Part shown: positions 15,300-26,383 of the stretch, piece by piece
How the letters are laid out: every line of letters begins with the position of its first letter
How positions within the stretch are numbered: the first letter of the stretch is position 1
NCBI RefSeq assembly: GCF_964355755.1
Contig: NC_092670.1
Coordinates: forward strand, 28,322,388-28,386,387
Source: Antedon mediterranea
Lineage: Eukaryota; Animalia; Echinodermata
Direction of reading: 5' to 3'
Length of the DNA: 64,000 nucleotides
Program-made: the position numbers and the translations under genes
The notes under the pieces: generated by a model
Seen by the model: only the letters and a program-made list of their open reading frames with translations
Databases searched by the model: none
Told to the model about the DNA's origin: nothing

Positions 15300-18200
15300 G
15301 TTAACAAGTTTTTTCGAAAATCACAAAATGGTCTAAAACGTCTCCAAATGTGATTTGAAGCTATTCTAAGCACTTTGGTGTTTTTATGTTAACAAGTTTT
15401 TTCGAAAATCACAAAATGGTGTAAAACGTCTTCAAATGCGATTTGAAGCTATTCTAAGCAATTTTGTGTTTTTATGTGAACAAGTTTTTTCGAAAATCAC
15501 AAAATGGTCTAAAACGTCTCCAAATGCGATTTGAAGCTATTCTAAGCACTTTTGTGTTTTTATGTTAACAAGTTTTTTCGAAAATCACAAAATGGTCTAA
15601 AATGTCTCCAAATGCGATTTGAAGCTTTTCTAAGCACTTTGGTGTTTTTATGTTTACAAGTTTTTTCGAAAATCAAAAAATGTCTATAATGTCTCAAAAT
15701 GCGATTTGAAGCTATTCTGTACACTTTGATGTTTTTATGTTAACAAGTTTTTCGAAAATCACAAAATGGTCTAAAACGTCTCCAAATGCGATTTGAAGCT
15801 ATTCTGTACACTTTGCTGTTTTGTGTGAATAATTTTTGTCAAAATGCTCAAAATGGTCAAAAACGTTTTTAAATACTATTTTGTGTTCTTTGATGTTTTT
15901 GTGTGAAAAGTTTTATCGAAATACTCAAAATGGTCTAAAACGGTTTCTAATGTGATTTTAAGAACTTTGATGTTTTTATGTTAACAACTTTTTTAGAAAA
16001 TCACAAAATGGTCTAAAACGTCTCCAAATGCGATTTGAAGCAATTCTAAGCACTTTGGTGTTTTTATGTTAACAAGTTTTTTCGAAAATCACAAAATGGT
16101 CTAAAACGTCTCCAAATGCGATTTGAAGCTATTCTAAGCACTTTGGTGTTTTTATGTTAACAAGTTTTTTCGAAAATCACAAAATGGTCTAAAACGTCTC
16201 CAAATGCGATTTGAAGCTATTCTAAGCACTTTGGTGTTTTTATGTTAACAAGTTTTTTCGAAAATCACAAAATGGTATAAAACGTTTCCAAATGCGATTT
16301 TAAGCTATTCTAAGCAATTTGGTGTTTTTATGTTAACAAGTTTTTTCGAAAATCACAAAATGGTCGAAAATGTCACAAAATGCGATTTGAAGCTATTCTA
16401 AGCACTTTGGTGTTTTTATGTTAACAAGTTTTTTTGAAAATCACAAAATGGTCTAAAATGTCTCAAAATGCGATTTGAAGCTATTCTGTACACTTTGCTG
16501 TTTTGTGTGAATAATTTTTTTCGAAAATCACAAAATGGTGTTAAACGTCTCCAAATGTGATTTGAAGCTATTCTAAGCACTTTGGTGTTTTTATGTTAAC
16601 AAGTTTTTTCGAAAATCACAAAATGGTGTAAAACGTTTCCAAATGCGATTTTAAGCTATTCCAAGCAATTTGGTGTTTTTATGTTAACAAGTTTTTTCGA
16701 AAATCACAAAATGGTCTAAAACGTCTCCAAATGCGATTTGAAGCTATTCTAAGCACTTTTGTGTTTTTATGTTAACAAGTTTTTTTCGAAAATCACACAA
16801 TGGTATAAAACGTCTCCAAATGCGATTTTAAGCTATTCTAAGCAATTTGGTGTTTTTATGTTAACAAGTTTTTTCGAAAATCACAAAATGGTCGAAAATG
16901 TCACAAAATGCGATTTTAAGCTATTCTAAGCACTTTGGTGTTTTTATGTTAACAAGTTTTTTCGAAAATCACAAAATGGTCTAAAACGTCTCCAAATGCG
17001 ATTTGAAGCTATTCTGTACACTTTGCTGTTTTGTGTGAATAATTTTTGTCGAAATGCTCAAAATGGTCAAAAACGTTTTTAAATACGATATTAAGCTATT
17101 TTGTGCTCTTTGATGTTTTTGTGTGAAAAGTTTTATCGAAATGCTCAAAATGGTCTAAAACGGTTTCTAATGTGATTTTAAGCACTTTGGTGTTTTTATG
17201 TTAACAAGTTTTTTCGAAAATCACAAAATGGTCTAAAACGTCTCCAAATGTGATTTGAAGCTATTCTAAGCACTTTGGTGTTTTTATGTTAACAAGTTTT
17301 TTCGAAAATCACAAAATGGTGTAAAACGTCTTCAAATGCGATTTGAAGCTATTCTAAGCAATTATGTGTTTTTATGTGAACAAGTTTTTTCGAAAATCAC
17401 AAAATGGTCTAAAACGTCTCCAAATGCGATTTGAAGCTATTCTAAGCACTTTTGTGTTTTTATGTTAACAAGTTTTTTCGAAAATCACAAAATGGTCTAA
17501 AATGTCTCCAAATGCGATTTGAAGCTTTTCTAAGCACTTTGGTGTTTTTATGTTTACAAGTTTTTTCGAAAATCACAAAATGTCTATAATGTCTCAAAAT
17601 GCGATTTGAAGCTATTCTGTACACTTTGATGTTTTTATGTTAACAAGTTTTTCGAAAATCACAAAATGGTCTAAAACGTCTCCAAATGCGATTTGAAGCT
17701 ATTCTGTACACTTTGCTGTTTTGTGTGAATAATTTTTGTCAAAATGCTCAAAATGGTCAAAAACGTTTTTAAATACTATTTTGTGTTCTTTGATGTTTTT
17801 GTGTGAAAAGTTTTATCGAAATACTCAAAATGGTCTAAAACGGTTTCTAATGTGATTTTAAGAACTTTGATGTTTTTATGTTAACAACTTTTTTAGAAAA
17901 TCACAAAATGGTCTAAAACGTCTCCAAATGCGATTTGAAGCAATTCTAAGCACTTTGGTGTTTTTATGTTAAAAAGTTTTTTCGAAAATCACAAAATGGT
18001 CTAAAACGTCTCCAAATGCGATTTGAAGCTATTCTAAGCACTTTGGTGTTTTTATGTTAACAAGTTTTTTCGAAAATCACAAAATGGTCTAAAACGTCTC
18101 CAAATGCGATTTGAAGCTATTCTAAGCACTTTGGTGTTTTTATGTTAACAAGTTTTTTCGAAAATCACAAAATGGTATAAAACGTTTCCAAATGCGATTT

Positions 18201-21060
18201 TAAGCTATTCTAAGCAATTTGGTGTTTTTATGTTAACAAGTTTTTTCGAAAATCACAAAATGGTCGAAAATGTCACAAAATGCGATTTGAAGCTATTCTA
18301 AGCACTTTGGTGTTTTTATGTTAACAAGTTTTTTTGAAAATCACAAAATGGTCTAAAATGTCTCAAAATGCGATTTGAAGCTATTCTGTACACTTTGCTG
18401 TTTTGTGTGAATAATTTTTTTCGAAAATCACAAAATGGTGTTAAACGTCTCCAAATGTGATTTGAAGCTATTCTAAGCACTTTGGTGTTTTTATGTTAAC
18501 AAGTTTTTTCGAAAATCACAAAATGGTGTAAAACGTTTCCAAATGCGATTTTAAGCTATTCCAAGCAATTTGGTGTTTTTATGTTAACAAGTTTTTTCGA
18601 AAATCACAAAATGGTCTAAAACGTCTCCAAATGCGATTTGAAGCTATTCTAAGCACTTTTGTGTTTTTATGTTAACAAGTTTTTTTCGAAAATCACACAA
18701 TGGTATAAAACGTCTCCAAATGCGATTTTAAGCTATTCTAAGCAATTTGGTGTTTTTATGTTAACAAGTTTTTTCGAAAATCACAAAATGGTCGAAAATG
18801 TCACAAAATGCGATTTTAAGCTATTCTAAGCACTTTGGTGTTTTTATGTTAACAAGTTTTTTCGAAAATCACAAAATGGTCTAAAACGTCTCCAAATGCG
18901 ATTTGAAGCTATTCTGTACACTTTGCTGTTTTGTGTGAATAATTTTTGTCGAAATGCTCAAAATGGTCAAAAACGTTTTTAAATACGATATTAAGCTATT
19001 TTGTGCTCTTTGATGTTTTTGTGTGAAAAGTTTTATCGAAATGCTCAAAATGGTCTAAAACGGTTTCTAATGTGATTTTAAGCACTTTGGTGTTTTTATG
19101 TTAACAAGTTTTTTCGAAAATCACAAAATGGTCTAAAACGTCTCCAAATGTGATTTGAAGCTATTCTAAGCACTTTGGTGTTTTTATGTTAACAAGTTTT
19201 TTCGAAAATCACAAAATGGTGTAAAACGTCTTCAAATGCGATTTGAAGCTATTCTAAGCAATTATGTGTTTTTATGTGAACAAGTTTTTTCGAAAATCAC
19301 AAAATGGTCTAAAACGTCTCCAAATGCGATTTGAAGCTATTCTAAGCACTTTTGTGTTTTTATGTTAACAAGTTTTTTCGAAAATCACAAAATGGTCTAA
19401 AATGTCTCCAAATGCGATTTGAAGCTTTTCTAAGCACTTTGGTGTTTTTATGTTTACAAGTTTTTTCGAAAATCACAAAATGTCTATAATGTCTCAAAAT
19501 GCGATTTGAAGCTATTCTGTACACTTTGATGTTTTTATGTTAACAAGTTTTTCGAAAATCACAAAATGGTCTAAAACGTCTCCAAATGCGATTTGAAGCT
19601 ATTCTGTACACTTTGCTGTTTTGTGTGAATAATTTTTGTCAAATTGCTCAAAATGGTCAAAAACGTTTTTAAATACTATTTTGTGTTCTTTGATGTTTTT
19701 GTGTGAAAAGTTTTATCGAAATACTCAAAATGGTCTAAAACGGTTTCTAATGTGATTTTAAGAACTTTGATGTTTTTATGTTAACAACTTTTTTAGAAAA
19801 TCACAAAATGGTCTAAAACGTCTCCAAATGCGATTTGAAGCAATTCTAAGCACTTTGGTGTTTTTATGTTAACAAGTTTTTTCGAAAATCACAAAATGGT
19901 CTAAAACGTCTCCAAATGCGATTTGAAGCTATTCTAAGCACTTTGGTGTTTTTATGTTAACAAGTTTTTTCGAAAATCACAAAATGGTCTAAAACGTCTC
20001 CAAATGCGATTTGAAGCTATTCTAAGCACTTTGGTGTTTTTATGTTAACAAGTTTTTTCGAAAATCACAAAATGGTATAAAACGTTTCCAAATGCGATTT
20101 TAAGCTATTCTAAGCAATTTGGTGTTTTTATGTTAACAAGTTTTTTCGAAAATCACAAAATGGTCGAAAATGTCACAAAATGCGATTTGAAGCTATTCTA
20201 AGCACTTTGGTGTTTTTATGTTAACAAGTTTTTTTGAAAATCACAAAATGGTCTAAAATGTCTCAAAATGCGATTTGAAGCTATTCTGTACACTTTGCTG
20301 TTTTGTGTGAATAATTTTTTTCGAAAATCACAAAATGGTGTTAAACGTCTCCAAATGTGATTTGAAGCTATTCTAAGCACTTTGGTGTTTTTATGTTAAC
20401 AAGTTTTTTCGAAAATCACAAAATGGTGTAAAACGTTTCCAAATGCGATTTTAAGCTATTCCAAGCAATTTGGTGTTTTTATGTTAACAAGTTTTTTCGA
20501 AAATCACAAAATGGTCTAAAACGTCTCCAAATGCGATTTGAAGCTATTCTAAGCACTTTTGTGTTTTTATGTTAACAAGTTTTTTTCGAAAATCACACAA
20601 TGGTATAAAACGTCTCCAAATGCGATTTTAAGCTATTCTAAGCAATTTGGTGTTTTTATGTTAACAAGTTTTTTCGAAAATCACAAAATGGTCGAAAATG
20701 TCACAAAATGCGATTTTAAGCTATTCTAAGCACTTTGGTGTTTTTATTTTAACAAGTTTTTTCGAAAATCACAAAATGGTCTAAAACGTCTCCAAATGCG
20801 ATTTGAAGCTATTCTGTACACTTTGCTGTTTTGTGTGAATAATTTTTGTCGAAATGCTCAAAATGGTCAAAAACGTTTTTAAATACGATATTAAGCTATT
20901 TTGTGCTCTTTGATGTTTTTGTGTGAAAAGTTTTATCGAAATGCTCAAAATGGTCTAAAACGGTTTCTAATGTGATTTTAAGCACTTTGGTGTTTTTATG
21001 TTAACAAGTTTTTTCGAAAATCACAAAATGGTCTAAAACGTCTCCAAATGTGATTTGAAG
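15300..21060. repeat. 1900-bp higher-order repeat, 3 tandem copies (~22 monomers each)
   Basis: Marker aatcacacaatggtat at 16791, 18691 and 20591; tcacaaaatggtctaaaacgtctccaaatgtgat at 15321, 17221, 19121 and 21021. Confidence 0.9.
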
Positions 21061-21386
21061 CTATTCTAAACACTTTGGTGTTTTTATGTTAACAAGTTTT
21101 TTCGAAAATCACAAATTGGTCTAAAACGTCTCCAAATGCGATTTGAAGCTATTTTAAGCACTTTGGTGTTTTTGTGTAACCAAGTTTTTTCGAAAATCAC
21201 AAAAGGGTCTAAAATGTCTCAAAATGCGATTTGAAGCTATTCTGTACACTTTGATGTTTTTATGTTAACAAGTTTTTTCGAAAGTCACAAAATGGTCTAA
21301 AACGTCTCCAAATGCGATTTGAAGCTATTCTAAGCACTTTGGTGTTTTTATGTTAACAAGTTTTTTCGAAAATCACAAAATGGTGT

Positions 21387-21819
21387 TGTAGCAGACCTAC
21401 CACATAGCTTTTAAACAATTCAACATTTACTTTTAATTTGATTATTTATACATCCTCTATATATCTCTTTACCTCACATTGACAGGTTACCTTCCTGTTA
21501 CCTTCACTTTTCTAGCTAATGGATTTTAAGAATGTTAATGACTCTAACAGAAAACCACATTAATTCTCTTAATCCTAATTGGTCAGATGAGATGGGCCAA
21601 GCCCAATATTACCATGCACTGACCACATTATTAACACACTCTTTTCTCAACCAGCATCTTAGCTACACCGTTTATTGCTCTGTCTTATCAAATATTGTAT
21701 ATTGTATATTTTATCTATTTATTGAGAATCCTCACTTGATTCACTTGGAATAAATTGCATAGTTTACTGTATACATTTAGTAGTTGTTTTGTTTTACCGT
21801 TGCGCCGACAATTACTAAA
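21387..21819 (+). repeat. 5' LTR of Gypsy element (433 bp)
   Basis: TGTAG...CTAAA; direct repeat of 27859-28296; contains aataaa near its 3' end. Confidence 0.93.
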
Positions 21820-21820
21820 G

Positions 21821-21833
21821 TGGTGACCCCGAC
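21821..21833 (+). promoter_or_regulatory. Primer binding site, tRNA-Trp
   Basis: TGGTGACCCCGAC is the reverse complement of the eukaryotic tRNA-Trp 3' end (...GUCGGGGUCACCA) and lies 1 nt after the LTR. Confidence 0.88.
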
Positions 21834-21945
21834 TAAGGAAGCATGGAACTAAAGTGGTGACACCCGACTAAAGAAGCATGGAACTGAGAGTGTCATTCAT
21901 CCATACTAAAGTGGTGTCCCTCGACTTTCTTATACCGTCGTTTAA

Positions 21946-22320
21946 ATGGAAGGACAACAGCAACAACGACAGCTACCGCAACCTCCAGCACAACCCCAGC
22001 ACCAGGAACAACCTGTGGTGCCCGCTTCTGACGCAGCAACCGTCAACAGGCCAATTTCTTCTCTAGCATTGAAACTGCTTCCATACTGGCCCAATGATAC
22101 GATATTGTGGTTCACCCAAGTCGAAGCACAGTTCACAATGCGTGGGATCACAGCAGATGCTACTAAATATGCTTACTTAGTAGAATCATCGCAACCTGAA
22201 ATTGCGCAGGGAGTTCGGGATCTATTTCTCACCCCGCCTACTGATAACAGGTATGTGAACTTCAAAGATACTTTAATACGTCGGACAACTGCTTCCGACC
22301 AACAGCGCCTCCGCCAACTC
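21946..22320 (+). pseudogene. gag: gag N-terminal fragment (Gypsy, CsRn1-type), truncated by internal deletion
   Basis: LKLLPYWPNDTILWFTQVEAQF..RGIT...TKY..LV...PE....VRDL...PP...Y..FK..LI.R...SDQQRLRQL resembles the conserved KLPPFW...WFAQVEAQF gag N-terminus. Confidence 0.85.
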
Positions 22321-22615
22321 TTCTCACCCATCCGCAGCCAGATGCACCTTTAAGTATCATGGTTTCGGATGTGGCCATAGGGGGTATACTACAACAAACG
22401 CATTGACAACAATTGTCAACCTATTTCATTTTTCTCACAGAAGTTGAAACCAGCGCAGACGCGATACAGCACATTTGGTCGTGAACTTTTGGCGGCATAC
22501 CTTTCAGTTAAACATTTTCGTCATTCACTTGAAGGACGCTTATTTCATATTTTTACTGACCATAAGCCACTTATGTATGCTTTACTCGCCAAACCAAATC
22601 GTCACTCGCCACGCG
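22321..22615 (+). pseudogene. pol: pol RNase H N-terminal part, frameshifted and interrupted
   Basis: LLTHPQPDAPLSIMV--SDVAIGGILQQ (expected DAS motif lacks DA), +1 frameshift, then QPISFFSQKLKPAQTRYSTFGRELLAAYLSVKHFRHSLEGRLFHIFTDHKPL...HSPR. Confidence 0.9.
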
Positions 22616-23146
22616 CACAGCTGTTCCAGAAATATGAATTAAGTGCAGCGCCCCCAACGTTTCATAGCGTTTTATGGAGTAGCGATTCCGAAAACATATT
22701 GTATACAAACCACATGAGGAACCCGGAAGCAATCAAGCATAAAACGACTGTTTTTTAATAGCCAATAAAAACAAATAAAGACCGCGAAAGTCAGAAAAAT
22801 AATGAATATTCATTAGAACAACCCTGGATGAAGGTGAAAAACATGTTGTCGTTGTTTTATCACGTGGATTTTAAGAGGTAATGTAATTGAAAATTGTACA
22901 CCCAACGCCAGTTTTTTTCTCAAGTGATACATTTAAAAAGTAGGTATAAATGTTGTTTTCCATATCAGTTTAAAAATAATTTTTTCTGTTGAATTCTTTG
23001 ATTTAGTTGGATACTTTAGTTATCCTTGAATGTTTTAACAAGGATCGTATTCATATTGCCTGGCTGGATTTTTTCCTACGCTAGCTTATAATAGGCTATG
23101 CCCAGGCCCCATTGCGTGGTTAAAACCAGCTGTGTAAGACTAATGG

Positions 23147-24067
23147 CTGTTTATTTTTAACACGTAAACATGTATATTCGGGGGGCCTCAGTGACAGTTG
23201 ACCTGTTATAAAGCTGATTAATTACTTGTTCCTGGTCCTAATTAAAAATTAGGCCTAGCCTAGGCCTAAAGCTTTTTTAATAATCATTCATATTGGGATA
23301 GAGGAGTACAGAGTAGGCCAGGCTACAGGCCTAGCTAGGCCTATATTATATATAGGCTAGGCTATCTCATCTCATCAGCAGGTTAAAGGCTAGCAGCCTA
23401 CCTAGCATGTCTTAGTCAAAGATCTGTAATATATTAATAGAAAGAAGCTATATAGTACTGTGACATTAGATATTTAATCATAAATGCATATTTCTTTCAT
23501 ATTTGTATTGTATATTTATTATTTTGATATGCAATGAATCACAATCTAAATCAGTAAATAACATAAATTTTCGTTATCAATAAATAATTATTAATATATA
23601 AACCAAATTAAAATAAAATAACTGTTTATTTTTAACATGTAAACATGTCTATTCGGGGGGCCTAAATGACAGTTGACCTGTTATAAAGCTGATTAATTAC
23701 TTGTTCCTGGTCCTAATTAAAAATTAGGCCTAGCCTAGGCCTAAGCTTTTTTAATAATCATTCATATTGGGAGAGAGGAGTACAGAGTAGGCCAGGTTAC
23801 ATGCCTAGCTAGGCCTATACTATATATAGGCTAGGCTACATCATCAGCAGGTTAAAGGCTAGCAGCCTACCTAGCATGTCTTAGTCAAAGATCTGTAATA
23901 TATTAATAGAAAGAAGCTATAGAGTACTGTGACATTAGATATTTAATTATAAATGCATATTTCTTTCATATTTGTATTGTATATGCAATCACAATCTAAA
24001 TCAGTAAATAACATCAATTTCCGTTATCAATCAATAATATATATAAACCAAATTAAAATAAAATAAC
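23147..24067. repeat. Diverged ~475/446-bp tandem duplication inside the DNA transposon, rich in AGGCCT/CCTAGG palindromes
   Basis: ctgtttatttttaaca(c/t)gtaaacatg... starts at 23147 and 23622; both copies end aattaaaataaaataa. Confidence 0.92.
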
Positions 24068-24222
24068 TTCCAAAAAATTAAATTAAATTACAATTCATAT
24101 ACCATTTGTTAAATATTTACAAAATCATTGTTCTAGCAATAACACAAAAAAATACTACCATTCATATGGTATACTGTACATATAATATGCAATACTATAA
24201 CAATTAACTGAGAAATAGCAAA

Positions 24223-26052
24223 CTATTCCTCAACTTTTCTGCACTTAGTTACCGGCCTAGTTACTTCATGCTGGATCTCAGGTGAAATAAACGTCAGATG
24301 TGACTTCATGATTTCCCACAAAACTCTTTCCATGGTACTGCTGTCGAGGAATTTATTTTTTCTAAATACCTCGACCATTTTTGTACATAGAGTTCCAGTT
24401 TCAAATCTCTTGGTTCATAGTAGTTCGCTATATAAAATATATAAAAGAAATATGGCATTCATTTTTATAGTATTGCATGTTTTAGACATAATTTTAAAGG
24501 TATATAATGTAGGACTGACCAAGTCTTTGACCTCTTGTTCTTTTAGATTTATTATGTGGCCAGTCTCTGCAATCTTACTATGCTGTTTTGTCACAAGTGA
24601 CACTGAGAGTTCATTTCTTAAATGCTCAAGATTCTCTTCTAAAGACTGGATTTTATTCATTGTACTTTGTAGCATGTCGATGTGCTGCAGCTTCTGATTT
24701 TCTCTTTCTCCTAGATGATCACCTGAGATTAAACAATATTGGTCAACCAAATAAATGTCAATCTGCATAAAAAATGAGCATCAACATTATTATATTTTCA
24801 AAATGTTAACAACTATTTCTTGTAGCAGATAATGATAATATATGGATAATTCATAGGAAAATAAGTTCCAGCCAAAGGTTTGCTTTATTATGCATAAAAA
24901 TAGGATAAACAATTTTGAAATTCTATGCTCAAATGGACAATGTATATTTAAAGAGCAACTTGACCAATTGAGTTATTATGTAATGTCAATGTAAAGTTGA
25001 AACAACATTTGAATTTACCAGTCAAGATGTCAGCATCCTGTCGCATGTTGAATATTATAACATATTGACACCTGGAAAAATAGTTGATTGAGGAAATATT
25101 TAATAAAGAAAAGAGGTATATTTATAAATTACTGTAACAATTGTTTGTTTCGACAGTTATTTTATACTAACATTGTTCTTTAATATGAAGTACAAACACA
25201 CATTTCATTGTTTGGAGTGTGTATTAAACTTTCTAAAGAGGTGGTTATGATTATTTACCTACCCTGTTTAATTCAATGTCTACCAGGTATGGCCTAACAA
25301 CACTGTGCGATATTATTTTGCTTCTTTTTTTTTCACTGCCATGGTCTACAAAAAACTTGTAGTCATGATTGTAGGCCTTGAGATGTCTACAGGCTTGAGG
25401 AACATTGTTGGTTCTGATGTCATCTTGATTACAAAAACAATAGATGCAACTGTACTTTCCTTTAAAAATAAATCAATTTTTTAATCTACAGTACTTCAGT
25501 TTTGTGTCCAAACAAATCCAAACAAGAGAGCTAATAGTCAAAATATTAAAACATTATTATACAAATGTATTACTATTAAGGCCTAGCCTAGGCTGTGACT
25601 GTCACTCAGTCACACCAGCTAGCCTAAAAATGCACCAGGAAAGCAATAATTATTATTATAAACACATGCCATTAATTTTTTGGTAACAGTTATAATGATT
25701 AAATTTAGGATTAGGGTAATTAAAGGTTTAACTATTACGAATTTTCTATGTTTCGGCCTAGCTTTATTCTAGGCCCACATTACCGTCACGGTCATCGCGG
25801 GCGTCAACGCACTTTCTAAGCCTATCGCCAAACCGTTTTCTCGCCGACAACAATAACAATGTATAAAGGGGTTGCAAAATATGCGAGTTTTACTAAAAAC
25901 TGAACCAGGCTATATTAACAAAACTAGTATTATTTTGTTTATATAATAATGATGGACTATATTCTAGTTCGTTCTTTTTCTAAAAAAATTAATTATATCC
26001 ACAAAAAAAGTAAAGAATACAATGATATTTTCTACTTACGATTGTTTACCAT
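24223..26052 (-). pseudogene. Putative decayed multi-exon gene (Zn-finger-like plus coiled-coil) carried by the DNA transposon
   Basis: GT-AG-bounded exon candidates: 26040-26052 (ATG, gtaagt); an exon ending 25784 (gtaatg); 25459-~25262 (GKYSCIYCFC...RHLKAYNH); 24520-24762 (243 nt, open, coiled-coil-like); a terminal exon ending TAG at 24223. Phases are not fully consistent. Confidence 0.5.
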
Positions 26053-26383
26053 TTCTTTACACAGTTTATCTTGACTTCCTGGTTTATGTGCTGGAGATTA
26101 TTTCAGTAAATTGGACAATATCGTGGTTTATTTATTAATTTATAGTAAAGAAACAATAAAATATTTATTTTTTAATTGAACATACACTTTTTTTAATCAT
26201 TTAGTTTTGTATAAAATGTTTTACTACATAAAAACTCACGATAGCGAAATTTAATTTGGCGTTCGCGAAATAATGGTTTGTAAACAAAAATTATATGTCC
26301 GCGCGACTCGGGAGAGCCTCGTCTGCTAACACTGAGGGCGCTTGACTTTTTCTGATATCTTAACACTAGTTGAAACAGCTGTG

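Larger units (their letters stand above)
1..21386. repeat. 88-bp satellite DNA array with variant monomers and higher-order repeats
   Basis: Consensus gaaaatcacaaaatggtctaaaacgtctccaaatgcgatttgaagctattctaagcactttggtgtttttatgttaacaagttttttc; aaaatcac recurs at 1 and 89. Divergent monomers (gaaatgctcaaaatggtcaaaaacgtttttaaat...; ...cggtttctaatgtgattttaagcac) are interspersed. Confidence 0.98.
22616..26383. mobile_element. 3768-bp non-autonomous TIR DNA transposon with CAC...GTG ends (Chapaev/CMC-like); copy A
   Basis: TIR CACAGCTGTT(cca)/(tga)AACAGCTGTG, flanked by CGCG duplication. Excision restores the RNase H frame ...[15 protein letters not shown]. Confidence 0.9.

Noticed and set aside
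1-21386. CRISPR array
   Set aside because: Contiguous monomers with no unique spacers, no cas genes, and a eukaryotic TE context.
21532-21753. 73-aa ORF present four times (21532, 28009, 52046, 58523)
   Set aside because: Lies within the LTR; repetition reflects LTR duplication, and there is no recognisable motif.
23120-23135. Internal CAGCTGTG resembling a second right TIR
   Set aside because: Only an 8-bp match, with no TSD and no second box; probably chance.
24308-24770. Plus-strand ORFs 24308-24697 and 24588-24770; also small ORFs overlapping gag, integrase and 30127-30459
   Set aside because: Antisense or alternate-frame shadows of better-supported frames.
22616-26383. Bona fide RAG1/RAG2 (ProtoRAG) or Transib transposon
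   Set aside because: No 5-bp TSD, no canonical nonamer ACAAAAACC, and no RAG1 core or RAG2 kelch sequence visible; only the end architecture is reminiscent.
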